From NCBI RefSeq assembly GCF_009914755.1, contig NC_060944.1: a stretch of 64,000 bases of DNA. One strand, written 5' to 3'. The position numbers and the translations under genes are program-made. Shown here piece by piece: positions 34,815 to 48,317 of the stretch. The number at the start of each line of letters is the position of its first letter. Positions within the stretch are counted from its first letter, which is position 1. The notes beneath the pieces were generated by a model, which was not told the DNA's origin, did not search any database, and worked only from the letters and a program-made list of their open reading frames with translations. Origin of the DNA: the human T2T-CHM13v2.0 reference genome, Homo sapiens.

Positions 34815-35070
34815 AGGCTAATGCAGGCAGATCACTTGAGTCCAGGAGTTTGAGACCAGCATGGATGACATGGTGAAACCCCATCTCTACAGAAAATACA
34901 AAAATTAGCAGGTATGGCGGTGCGTGTCTGTACTCCCAGCTACTCAGGATGCTGAGGTAGGAGGATCACTTGAGCCCAGGAGTTGGAGGTTGCAGTGAGC
35001 CGAGATTGTGTCACTGCACTCCAGCCTGGACAACAGAGTGAGACCCCGTCTCAAAATAATAAAAAAGAGA
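34815..35070 (+). mobile_element. Alu, 5'-truncated
   Basis: Begins mid left arm. Confidence 0.88.
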
Positions 35071-35859
35071 GAAAATGGAAGATTCTTCCTCTTCTTTTTC
35101 TTCTTCCTCTTATCCTCTTCTCCCCTCTCCTCTCCCTTTCTCCTTTCCCTTTCCTTCCCCTCTCTTGGAGGTGCCAGAATTACCAGGGACTGAGGAGGCA
35201 GCAGGACCAAGAAGGCAGCAGCCTGGCTGGAGACCATGGATGTAGGGGAGCCATGGTCATGGTCATCATGGTTGGGGTATTGTTTGCATATAGGAAGCTG
35301 AGCAAACATTGAGGGTAATGGGAGCCAGCTCTCCCTCCCCATCTAATCAGCACCCCATTCCTGCCAATTGCCCCTCCATAATCTTGTGATCCTCACGCAG
35401 TGTGCCTCTGCACACATATTTACTGCAGTTCTATTCATTCATTGATTTAACAAATAGTTTTGAGCCTGCTACTGGCTGCTGGATGGAGATCTTAGGATAT
35501 AGCAGTGAACAACACACAGTCCCTGCCGTCTTGGGACTCACATCCTAGAGAAAAAGATAGACATTAATCCAAGAATCACACAAAGAAATGTCAAATTTCA
35601 ACAATGATAAGTGCCTTACAGAAGAGGTCCCTTGGGCTTTTAGCACATAATAATGGGAGTTTGACTTGCATTGACCTGAGAAGATAACTTTTGAGTGGAG
35701 ACCTAGTGGTGGAGGTGGTAGGAGATAACTAGGCAAAGAGCCAGAGAGAGTGGTCTAGGCAGGGGACATAGGTGGCCAAGGTCTACTGGGTGTGGGGGGT
35801 TGGGGGTTCAGGGCACATGTGAGCAGGGCAAGGAGGAGTGGTGAAGATGAGGCCATGTG

Positions 35860-35996
35860 TTGGGTGCAGTGGTTCACGTCTGTACTCCCAGCTGCTTGGG
35901 AGGCCAAGACAGGAGGATTGTGTGAGGCCAGGAGTTTGAGACTAGCCTGAGCAACACAGCGAGACCCTGTCTCTACAAAAATAAATCAATAAATAA
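35860..35996 (+). mobile_element. FLAM Alu monomer
   Basis: Single left arm with A-rich tail. Confidence 0.8.
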
Positions 35997-36134
35997 GGCC
36001 AAAGGATGAGCAGAGCCCAGAACATGCAGGACCTCGTAGGCCATGATAAGGAGTTTAGTTTCTTTCTAAGAGCACTAGAAAGCCAGCATAGGGGTTTAAT
36101 CAGGTGCAACATGATCTGGTTTGTATTCTTTAAA

Positions 36135-36560
36135 CAATTTTTTTAAACTGACACATAGTAATTGTGCATATTTATGGGGCATTAGTGATGTTTTGATACA
36201 TATAATGTATAGCAATCAGATCAGAGTAATTAGCATATCTGTCATCTCAAATATTTATCATTTCTTTGTGTTGGGAACATTCAATATCCTTCTTGCAGTT
36301 ATTTGAAACTAATACATTATTGTTAACCCTAGTCATCCTACACTGGTATAGAACACTAGAACTTGTTCCTGGTATCTAGCTGTAATTTTGTATCCTTTAA
36401 CAAAACTCTCCCTATCCCCACCCCCTTAACCCTGCCCAGCCTCTGCTAGCCTGTGTTCTACTTTTTACTTCTATGAGATTAGCATTTTTTAGCTTCCACA
36501 TATGAGTGATAACACATGGTGTTTAATTTTCTGTTTCTGGCTTATTTCACTTAACATAAC
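36135..36560 (-). mobile_element. L1MA 3' end
   Basis: Typical antisense L1MA 3'UTR (atcagatcagagtaattagcata...ttccacatatgagtga...gcttatttcacttaacataa). Confidence 0.8.
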
Positions 36561-37399
36561 GTTTGTATTCTTAGAAGATTATTTGGCTGATGTCTGGAAA
36601 ATGGATTGTAAGAGTGCGAGAGTGGAAGCAGGGAGACCACAGAGGTGGTTTTTGTCTTGTAGGAGAGAGAGGATGGTAGCTGGACTAGGGCATCGGACAT
36701 GGTGGTAGAGAGGAAGTAGGAGACAGAAGTGCTGGGATGAGTGGGATGAATGGTAGCTTGACTGGTGGGGAGGGTGTGTTGAGGAGTCAGGCTTTGGACT
36801 TAGTAGGAGGGTGGATAGTGGGGCTGATCCCCAAGAGCCCAGAAAACAGGGAGAGCAACAGGCTTTGAGGGCTGATGGGGCATTTGGTTTGAGACTTGCT
36901 GCAAAATGTCCACAAGGAACATTTGAGCAAGCTGTTGGTTGTGCAGATCAGAGTTCAGACTAAGGCAGTGACTTCAGCCTCAACTTATCAGCGACAAGCA
37001 TTTGAACAAGCCTAACTTTTACTTATCTCAATGCGCAGATGAGAATGAACTGTCCAGGAGAAATGATCTCAGGCTGGATCAATCAGAGAAGGTGTCATGG
37101 AGGAGGTGGGACTGGAGCTGGGTCTTGAATGATGGGTAGGATTTAAGGAAGGGAAGGGAGGGTGTACCAGGCAGCATGAACAAAGGTACTGAGATGAGAA
37201 TAAGCATGGGGCATGCCGAGGGTCACAGAAAATGATGAACAGCCCATTTTGGGTGATGGCCACTTCTGTGGAGGCAGGGAAGGAGGAATGAGGTCCAGGA
37301 GGGGAGATCAGGAGCCCTCAGAGTTCCTCATAATGTTTTAGTGCTTAAGCTGTGTGCTGGGCAGATGAGCATTTGTTATGTGATTAACTCTATTTTCTT

Positions 37400-37993
<594 letters not shown>

Positions 37994-38899
37994 TGATTGA
38001 CTATGCTTTGTATGGTTAAGATCATTTTTTATAATTCGTGGTCTAGAGGGGCAAATAGAGGGGAGAGTAGAGAGGGGTCTCTTAGGCTTGAGTTTACATT
38101 GCAGCTTCCTAATGGTGTGACTGTGGGCCTATGGATAAGGGACTTCATGCATTTGAACCTCTTTTCATCTGTAAAATGGGCATGAAGAACTCTTACCTCA
38201 TCATCTCTCCTTCCCTCTCTCCTTCCCTTTCTTCCTTCTTCCCTCCCTCTCTTTCTCTTCCTTCCTTCTGATAAATATTTACTAAGTGTCTACAGTGTGG
38301 AAGGCCCTGCACAAGGTCCGAGAGATATGTTCCCTTATGGTACTTACAGTCTTTAGAGAGAGACATGAATCAAACAAATACATGAATGCACCACTGCAGA
38401 CGGTGATAAGAGCTATGAAGACAACAAACAAGAGCTTCCGTGGTGAAGAATAAAAAGATACTGAGACAGGGTGGCCAGGGAAGGTATTTCAGAGGAGATG
38501 TGAAGGAGTTTGCCTTGGAGGGGGTGAAGAGAGAGGGGAATGTGTTGGTCAGAGGGCACAGCATGAGCAAAGGTCCTGAGGTGCGAAGCACACAGGGAGC
38601 TTTGAATGTTGGTGTTAGCAGTCCAGCCAGAGAGGGCCGGGCAAGGGGGAGAGAGGCATGGCAGGAGAGGTTGGGAAGACATGTGCATTCAGGAACATGG
38701 GCTTGCAGAGCACGTAGCACGGTGCTTGGTGTGCGTGCTCAGGAAATGCTGGTGGCCTTTCTTCCCACCCCTTCTTGGGGGCCATGGCTAGGGTGACAAA
38801 CGGACTTCTGAGGGCAGAAAGGGGGCTTGGAGGCCTGGGAAGCCTCTAAAGAGCACCTATGGTAGCTATGACGATGAATCCAACTCCTTACTTCCTCCC

Positions 38900-39255
38900 C
38901 AGCATGCCCCCAATTGTATGTTCCCACTCTTTACCATGTTATTTTGCAGTGCCCTCCCATTGCGACTTGAGTGGACGTTGCTCAGCCATGGGACTTGCTC
39001 TGGCCAATGGGATGAGAGCAGAGGTGCATCGAGCAGGGGCTTGATAAGCACTTCCGTGGTTGGGCTTGCCTGCTTGTGCCTCAGCTACTGCCACAAGAAC
39101 ATGCCCAGCCTAGCCTGCTGGTCCTGGGAGGAGGAGGGGGCAGAGCTGAGCTACCCCAGCCAAGCCAACCCAGCTGACCCACAGACTTACAAGTTAATTA
39201 AATGCTGCTTGTTGTTTACCACGGGGATTTTTCTGGCTGTTCTGTGTGTAGCACT
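38900..39255 (+). mobile_element. MLT1 (I/J-like) LTR
   Basis: ggacttgctctggccaatgggatgagagcagagg...aattaaatgctgcttgttgttt. Confidence 0.65.
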
Positions 39256-42200
39256 CAGTTCTTTGCTCCAGTGGGGTCCCTGGATCTGGGTCTTTTCTGC
39301 CTTCACCCAAGCCCAGGAATACTAGAAGAGAGATGGTTGGGCCAAGCCCAGGATTCTGACCTGGGACCTGCTGAAGCCTCAATTTAGGCACCAGGAAAGC
39401 CCTTCTCCATATGGGGTCTCAGTTTTACCATCCACTTAATGAAACATCTGGCCCTGATTGCCAAAGCCTTCATAGGGACTAAGAGCTCAGGTTGTCCAAA
39501 TATGACTATGTCCCTCCCTTACTTAAAACACTCAGTGGCTCTCCATAGCTTTCAGAGAGAAGTCGAAGCTCCCTAGGCTGGCATTCAAGGCTCTGCATGG
39601 CTTTCCTCCTGTCCACACTTGCAGTACAGCTCCTACCACTCACTCTTTGCTTCAGCCATGCCTTATTGGCTCCAGTCTTATCATGTTGTGCCTGTTCATG
39701 CCTCCGAGTCTTTGCACCTGCTATTCCCTCTGTTTGCAAAGCCTGCCACTGCATTTCTCTGCTTTGTGAATTCCTATGCATGGGCTGTGGCTTGTTTTTA
39801 ACTAACTTTCATTTCCTAACATTCACTGAGCTCTTACACTATGCCGGGCACATTGCTAAGCTCTGTGTTCTAGTTTAGTCTTCCTGGCAACTCTATGAGG
39901 TAGGTATTATTATCATCTCTTTTAAATATGAATAAACAGAAAAGTAAACTGACTGATACAAGTCACAGCTAGTAACTGGTGAAGCTAGGATACAAATTCA
40001 GGCATCAACAACAGATTTGAACCTAGGTCTCTCTGTTTCCAGAGCCTATGTCCTGTGGAGTCACCTCTCCATGATGCTTCTTGCAGAATTCTCATGCAAG
40101 TGCATGAACTATATTCATTCAACTCACAGATATTTTCTTGAGTGCCAGGCACTGTGCCAACCTCTTCATGAGCAATGACTTCCTTAATCTTCATACCAGC
40201 CCTAGGAGATGATGATTCTTACCAATCCCATTTTGCAGATGAGAACAACCGAGGCCCAGAGAGGTAAAGGGACTGGTCTAAGGCCGTGAAACCAGTAAGT
40301 GGTGAAGTTGGGACACATACCCAGGCAATCACATAGATGCCCAGACCCAAACTAGACCTCCTGGCCACAGTGACTTTCAATTTGCCATAAACTTCAAGAT
40401 CCAGTTTGGGCACCAACTCCAGGATGCTGAATGGCTAATTCATGGCTCTGGGGAGCCAGAAGATTCATGGCTCTGGCCTGTCCAGCCTCCCTCCCCACCC
40501 CCAAGGACTTCAGAGCTGACAACCCAGGATGCAGTATGGTTTGGACAGAAGTCAGATGCTTCACAACACTGTTGGGCATCCCCCATCTTCCCAGTTTTCA
40601 GCCCGATGCACTGACCCCAGCCCCCACCCTTCCCCTTGGGCCTCAGGCTCTGAATCCAAACAAACACAAAAAGCCAAATGACTTTCACTCTGTCCCTTCC
40701 AATTCAGTGATTTTGGAGGAGAATAAATACTGAAGCCACTGGCATGAATAGAAATTAATATAAAACTGTGCTAACTGCACAGGGATGTTTTTTAAAAAGA
40801 AAAAAATTCTCAATTTAAAATCTCTACACAAATAGACTCTTCTAAGGTCAAATGAAAGATAAATGCCTCAGGAAAGCAAAGAAGTCATCATTTAGGTTGA
40901 ATTTTTTCTCTCTCTCTTTCATTTCCTCTCTCTCTCTTTCATTCTGTCCCCTACCAATATTTCTTTCTATCCCTGTCTTTGCCTCTCTTATCTGCCACTC
41001 GCTCTTCCTGTCTGCATGTTTGTATGTGTCAATCTGTCACTTTTATTTAAGTGGCAGAATTGCAACTGCAGGTGAGTAGTATGACCTTGGTCAAGTCGTT
41101 TCCCAGCTCTGTGCTTCTGTTTTCCTATCTTTACATAGGAAGTACAATTACTTTTTGCAGAGGGGTATGAAGCAAAGCAGGACCTCATAAAGTAAAATGA
41201 TGCTTCTAACCAGAGCTGGGAAGTCTCACCCACCCTCTAGGTTTGGGCCTGGAAGATGGAAAAGATTAGGAGCAGGCACCATCTGGTCACCAAGTTATGC
41301 CAATGAACCAATGGAGTGAATGGCCTTCTGACCTTGGCCTCTTTACTGTCCGCCTGATTCAAACTAAAGTTGTCTTAAGAAAATGATTCTGGTTTGAAAA
41401 AAGGAGAAGCTGAGAAACATGTAAGGCCAGAGAAGTAGAAACCATTTTAAAGGTGAGATAAGAGCCACCTTGAATGGGAAAACAACCATATGATGAATTT
41501 AAATCAAAGCCAGAGGGATTGTGATTAGTAGAAGGAAGATCTCCTTGAAAACTGAGGGGGAATAAAACACTGGGGAAAACCTACCGGAATGGGAGGCGCC
41601 AGGCTGTGATCTTTTTAGGGCAGAGATCACATCTTTCTCGGTTACCATTATCTCCACAGGGCACAATAGAGGGTCTGGGTCCATAAGTATTAGTTGAGTG
41701 GCTGACTAAATGAGTGAGGGTTTCTATTCCTGGAGCCCCCTAAGACAAGACTAGATACCATTTCCCCAGAACACAGAGCCTTGCTCACCAATGAGCAATA
41801 CAGTATTGCTCACCAACCACTGAATGAATGTTGAATATGTGAGTTTGCTAGCGGCAAGTATTGCGTGTCCAGTATTGCTGCTACAGCACACGCATCTCTT
41901 GAGGACTGAGTGGATATTGAAGGGGAGGGGGCATCTCCAGGGTGGAGCAGGAATCGGGGGTGGGGAGGATTACCTGAATGACACTTTGTCAAGTAGCCTA
42001 TGAATTTCTGCCTTGTTAGTTTGAAGTATTCTGCTACCTAGAGGCAGAGTATTGGACTGAAAAACTTCTGACAGCCCAAGTATCATCTCCTTCTGAGAGC
42101 GACTAAGCCAGCAGATGAAGAGGAGAGACTAGGGCCATGGAAAGACTGGAAGGAATAGCTTTTTGTCCTGGGAAAACCCTTGATTGGGAGTCAGAAGTCC

Positions 42201-42289
42201 TGGTTTCTAAACTCAAATCAATGTAAAGCAAGAACACCAGGAAGACACCCCAGAGCCTTCTAACTAGCAGGAACTGCTCTAGTCATATA

Positions 42290-42722
42290 GCACAGATTGG
42301 ATTTCCTGGGAGGTGGACTTGGAGATGGAGACTAGCATGTGGGGTGCTTATCATGGCATGCTGTTAGTCGCAATACCTGCGGATGAGAGGGAAGGAAGTG
42401 GGACTGAGCAAAGGGAGAAGTAGAGTTGTGATACAAGCTCAATAGAGACCTTAGCTATCCCTATAGATGGTTCTGAAGCTGGGATACTTCAGAGTTGTCC
42501 AGAGTTGGAGTGGGCCTTTACATTGCCATATCAATCAGTTGTTGGATACAGGCTACCGCAGGAAGAGGTGTTACCTTGAATCAAGCAACTGTCTTCAGCT
42601 GAGGCAACTCCTGTAGGGGACTGACAGCTGATGGCTTCCTGCCAGTGATGCTACCAGTAGATGGTGGAATAAACCCTTCTACTATGAAGGGGGATCTGGG
42701 TGTACATTGCAGTTCCCACCAT
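42290..42722 (-). mobile_element. LTR16-like ERVL LTR
   Basis: ggatttcctgggagg...ggaaggaagtgggactgagc...gggatctggg. Confidence 0.6.
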
Positions 42723-43248
42723 AGCATGCTACTCCCATTAACACTAATCCTTATCGCAGTCCTACAAGCTAGATATTATTATCACAGTCAAAAACTGAAT
42801 TTTGGAGTGTATCAACTTACCCCAAGCAAGTTGTGGAGCTAATTCAAACCCATGTCTTCCTGGCTCTTAATTCCTCCATTTTTTAACTACACCTCATTGC
42901 CTTTGATATCTTCACCCCTTCCCCCAACCCAAATTCCACCTATCACTCTCAAGATCTTGACAAATAGCTCCCCTCCCTAAGGCTCAGACTCTCCATCTGT
43001 TAAAGAAGGAGATTAAGTTATATCTGAGATTCTTAACCAGGGGTCCATGAACCCCATGAAATAGAGGGCTAATTTTGGTATTTATGAGCAAAATTTTGAG
43101 TTTTAAATATTTTTCTTGGTAAAAGACCCATGAGATTGTTTATATCCTAAAAGGTTTATGACTCCCCTAAGAGGCTGAGATATAACCGGACCAGATGGTC
43201 TAAGGTCCTCTTCAGCCCACACATGCTGTGATTCTGCACCCTTAGAGC

Positions 43249-43297
43249 AGAAGCACCACAGACAGCGCCAATACCATTCAGCACCACGGACAGAGCC
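43249..43297 (+). promoter_or_regulatory. Tandem RE1/NRSE (REST/NRSF) sites
   Basis: TTCAGCACCACGGACAGAGCC (43277-43297; 20/21 to consensus TTCAGCACCACGGACAGCGCC) preceded by AGAAGCACCACAGACAGCGCC (43249-43269; 17/21). Confidence 0.9.
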
Positions 43298-45239
43298 ACG
43301 CTCTGACGTCTTCTGCAGAAAAGTCCCATCAACTATTACACTGACCCAAAGAATGAACGAGGCAAGACCACTGAGTGCCCAAAATCAGTGGGATAGGAAG
43401 TCAGAATCTGCAACAGACACAGATGGCTTTCCCTCTCCCCCCTGCCTTTTCTGTAAAAGAGTCCCAAATGTTGCAATTGTCCTCACAGTGACATTTCCCC
43501 TATCCTGGGGGCCTCCCGTCCCTCTCCCCACAACAGTGAAGAAGAGGGTATCGAGCCGGGCAGTGGAGTACCCTGGTGACAGATTAGCACTGCCAACCAC
43601 CGACACAAAACCATTTGGTGTGGGGAAATGATAGATGTTAACACTCATTTTAAACACAGGCAACTGAATTCCTGCAGACAGGCGCCACGGCTGGAATTTA
43701 GGGCACAGCTGCTAGGTTCAGATAAGGTGCAGAATCAGCCCAGCATACCGCGATGTTACTTAATAATGAAAATGTGGTGATTGATGCTGCTGTCTCGAGA
43801 ATATAACCTCCCCATTTGGAGGTTTTCAGCTCCCAAATCATCCATTCCACCTTTTTTTTTTTCCCCCTTTCTTTCTTTTTTTGGAAAGGCAATGTGTGTG
43901 TGGTGGGGGTGTGGATACAGGGTTGATGGGGCCTGGCAACATGAAGCTCATGATGCTAAATAATTTTTTTAAAAGTCCAAAGAGCTTAGTTTGAAAGAAT
44001 TCAATTCTAGCAAGCTCACCTGGGACAGCAAGTTCAACATGAAAAACTGGTTTGGACAAGTTACCTTCCATATTTTTATGGTCAAAGGCTTCTTTTACTA
44101 CACTACTCCCCATTTCTATGATGTCACAAAGAGCCAATCAGAGTTTTTGATTCAGGACCTCAACTCCCACCTCTTCCTGAGCCCCAGGAAAGCTGGACCA
44201 TTTATCTACTGCCTCCTGAAGAGCATCCCCTGGAGAAAACCTCAGATTCTGCATGTCCAAAATTAGTCTAGGTTAGAATATCCAAGCAAGCCCTTTTTGC
44301 TCTCTATGGCAAGTGACACCACTCAAGGCAAACACCTGGGCATTATCCAAGACTCCTCCTTCCCCCTCATCTCCCAAGTCCAGCATCTCACACCTGCTAT
44401 TTTTATCTCCCAAACCACTCTCTCTTAAATTCACAATTCACCTACTTTTTTTTTTTTTTAGCCCTATAGCGTTAAAATACAACCTCACCCCCTTCCCCTA
44501 AATAGCCACCTGGGCTCCAGCCTTTTTCTCCAGTTCATCTTTCATCCTGCTCATCAGAATAATTTTCCTAAATGGAAATATATCATGCCACTCTTCTGCT
44601 TAAAACCCAACATCCTGTAGGCATTCAATGTCCTGTAGGACAAAGTCCAGTTTCCTTACCATAGCATCAAAATCTTTAAGGATCTGGTTTCAGTGTATCC
44701 CTCAATGTTACTCACAATCTTTACCAAAAGCACCTGAAATAAATGCTTATTTCTGCCTCCTTGCATTTGCACATGCTGTTCCTTCTGTCTTGCAGGACCT
44801 TCCTCTCCTTTTTCTGCCTGAAAGGCATTCATTCTTCAAGATTCAAGGCTCAAATTGTTTCTCCTTTGAGGAGTCTTCCTTACCATCTTCCCCACTCCTG
44901 ACAATGTCAATTTCACTTTCTTCTGTGCTGTTACAATTATAGTCACCCTGTATTACAGTGACAGGTTGCCATCATTCCCTCACTTGCTAGAATTGGGTTC
45001 AAATCCCTGTTCCATTATTTTTCAGCTCTATGACCTTCAGTAAGTTGTAGGATTCTCTCTGGCCCTCAGTTTCTTCTTCTGTAGCCTGGAGATAATAATA
45101 ATACCTATGTCATCATTAAATGATAGATGTAAAGTATCCATTGTGTACCCTGGGACACAGTAGGAGCTTAATAAATATTAATTTCCCAGTAGAGAAAAGT
45201 TGTTAATCTAGAGCCCATGGAAGACTTGGGAAGTCCCTA

Positions 45240-45672
45240 TCTCAGGTCAGGGTCCTAGAAGCAGAGCCTCAGAGGAATTCTGTGCACAGGGTTTATTGAG
45301 AAAGTGCTCTCAAGGAAAGGAGAGAGGGAAGCAGGAGAGGGAAGGGGACAAATAAGGATGTTGTTTAGGGTAAAGTCTGTCCTTGGCCTAATCCAAGGGG
45401 GGTTTGGAGCATAAGTTACACCACAGAGTTGTCCCTACCTAGAAACAAGGGAGTTGCCTTCTGTACCCCCTTGTCAGCCATAGCTGGCTATGGGCTGATG
45501 CAGGGTGGGTGAACAAGGGTGTAACCTCCCAGAAGAGGTGACCCTCATCAGCCGAGATTGATGCTACAAAGAAGGGAGCAGCCATTGAGGGGGCATTGAA
45601 GCCTACAGCAACAGGGGGACAGGTGTGCCTGCCAGTGGGAGGGGGTTTGAATGCGGTGTCAACAGAATCTAC
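45240..45672 (-). mobile_element. LTR16-like ERVL LTR
   Basis: caggtcagggtcctagaagcagagcc...gggtttattgagaaagtgctctc. Confidence 0.6.
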
Positions 45673-48223
45673 TAGTCCTGAGAGAGTTACTCCTTTAAGG
45701 AGGCTGAGAGGTTGTTTTGCATGGAATGGAGGCAGAGCCCAGACTTTATAGATATCTCCATTTTCATTCATGCAATAATTCATGTATTCATTCAAAAGAT
45801 CTTCATTGAACATCTACTCTGTTCCAGAGACTTTAGTAGGCCCTGGAGATACTGGAGAGCAAAAAAATGGCATCTTTAGGGAGCTCATAGTCTAGTAAGG
45901 GTGAAGATATTCATCAAATGATCTGTCTTCAAAGACAAAGGTTTCTGAAGAGAAGGAACTCAGTTCTGTGTGCGTGTATAGCAGAGGGACTCAGTTCAGC
46001 TTGGGGCACTTAGGAGGGCTTCCCATAGGAGGAGACTTTTGAGTGAAGGTATGAAGGGTAAGAGTTCACTGGTGAAAGAAGGGAGATAATTAGGATAGGA
46101 AGGAGAGATGTGTGGCTCTCTTCTTGCTTGCTTTTGGAAGTCCTGCTAAAAAATGTGAGAGAGCATCTCTAAGGCAGGGAGTACTGCCTTAGAGCTGTTG
46201 TCGGTCATTTACCCTTGAGTATAAATGACATTTTAGTTTTTTTTCCCTGCAAGTAGTTTGTTGAAGGGGAATGAAGAAAAAAGCCTGAGGGGCACTGAAT
46301 GCTTTGGAGAAAAGCCATAAAATGGCCCAAAATAAGAGTTGGGGAGACAAGCGCTTTGAGACAAACTTGCTGATTTTGAATCTTGTAGCCACCGCTCCTC
46401 CCTCTGTCAGGGCCTCTCTCCCTGTCTCTCACAGACCTTGGAGCTGGCGGGAAGAAGCTTGGCTTGGAGCCAGCCATGTCCAGCCTCTGCCTTTTTTGAA
46501 GCCAGAGGTAGCAGCTGCCTATGCAACATGAACTAAGTGCCCAGCTCTACTCTCTCTCTGCTCAACCCTACTGCCAACAGCCACTGTTCATTGCCTGAAA
46601 TTCCCATCATTAATGTCCCAAAGCCTAGGCTGGGTGTCCTAGGAGCTCCATTCTCATTCTGGCTGTCTTGTTCTGACCTTGGGCATGTTCCTTCATTTCT
46701 CTGGATGCAAGGGCCAGATTGGATTCATCTCCTCTGAGGTCCCTGCAGCCCTAGCTGTCTATGTGTTTTTTCCTCACCACAGTTAACCTATTAAGGTTGC
46801 AAACTCAAGGTGGTGTTCTGGAGACCTCCAAGAGAGCTGGGGGATATCTGAGCACCTGGAATCGAGGCTGAGCACCTTCCTCAGTCTTCTGGCTGGCAGA
46901 AGCCGTGGCCCAGGAGTTGGGAGGGAGAAGGGCTCTGGAAGAGGCCCTCAGCCCCTTGTGGCCCTTTAAATGCTGCCAAAATGACTCCTGCTCCGTAGAT
47001 TGCTGCCTGGAGCTGTCAGACACGCGTCAAGGTCAGGGGTGTGCATCTGCCCCAGACACAGCAATAATGGCTTCTAATGGACTGTAAACAGGTGAAGTTT
47101 GCTGCAAAGACATTGCTGCTGCTGGAACAATAAAAGCTTCTTTCTTCTTAACCCTCTCCTGGATTTTGATTATGCCACAACTACACTGTCTTTAAATAGG
47201 GCCTTCTCCAAAGACATTCTTGCCTGGAATCTCATCCACCCTTATCAACAAGAAGGTTATTATTAGTCCACCTTTCAGCCGGGAAAACTGGGGCCCCGAA
47301 AGGGAAACAGACTTGTGTGAGGTCTCAGACCTATGATGAGGCACAACCACAAGTATGACTTAAGGCTTGGTTGGTCTTACAGCCCAAGCTATTAACCACT
47401 ACTCTACCCTGCCTGCAGCTACTGATGATTTGCGCTGGACTTTGCTAACAGATGTAAGAGAGATAAAAAGTGACCTTGGAGCTCAGAGGTCTGGAGGGAA
47501 AAGTGAAGATCTTTGAATCACACTAACCAGAGTTCAGATCTTGATCTCTTTAACTTGCTGCGTGACCTTGGGTCCATTAATTAACCTCTCTGAGCCTCAG
47601 TTTCCTTATTTTTAAAGTGGAGCAATAGGATGATTGTGAGCATTGAAAGAAATTAGATGCATGAAGTGCCTGGCACAGAGGTCTCAGTAAAGGTTAGTCC
47701 CCTCTCCTACACCCACTCCCCTTGAGTAAATCTGGGATATTTGAAACTTCCTAGAGGAGGTGATCTTAGCACTGGGGCTGCCAGATGAAAACCAGTGATC
47801 CAGGTCCCAGAGCCCACCCCACTTCTCGGGGATGCTGTCCCCAAGGTCCTCATGTGCCAGGCAGGCAGCCAGCAGCCCCCTCTCCCTCCCTCCCAGCCGT
47901 GGGCTGGCGGGCAGGAGTGAAGACAGTGAGGACCATAAACAAGGCCAATGAGAAAGCGGTAATTCCGCGGCGCCACCATTTCCCATCACGCTGCTACTTT
48001 TAGTGCCGAGGCAGGGAGGTTGGATGGTTCCTCCCCTGGGCCATTTTTTCTGAGCCTGTTAGACACCAGGCAGGGAGGTAAGGAGAGTGAGGGTAAGGGA
48101 GAGTAGGGGAGGAGGGAGTGGGACTTCACCTTGGCCTCACCCACCCTCCACCCAGCCACTCTGCGACTCTGTCCTTTCACCCGCTGCCTGGAGAGCGCCT
48201 CCTCTTCAATCACCTTCCCCGGT

Positions 48224-48317
48224 GGACCCCAGAATAGGACCTTCACCCTCTACTGTGAACTGCACCTGAGGACCCCAAAATAGGACCTTCGCCCTCTACT
48301 GTGGACTCCACCTGAGG
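48224..48317. repeat. 46-bp tandem duplication (2 copies)
   Basis: ggacccca(g/a)aataggaccttc(a/g)ccctctactgtg(a/g)act(g/c)cacctga x2, 4 mismatches. Confidence 0.92.

Noticed and set aside
48224-48317. CRISPR-like direct repeats
   Set aside because: Eukaryotic DNA; two abutting copies with no spacers
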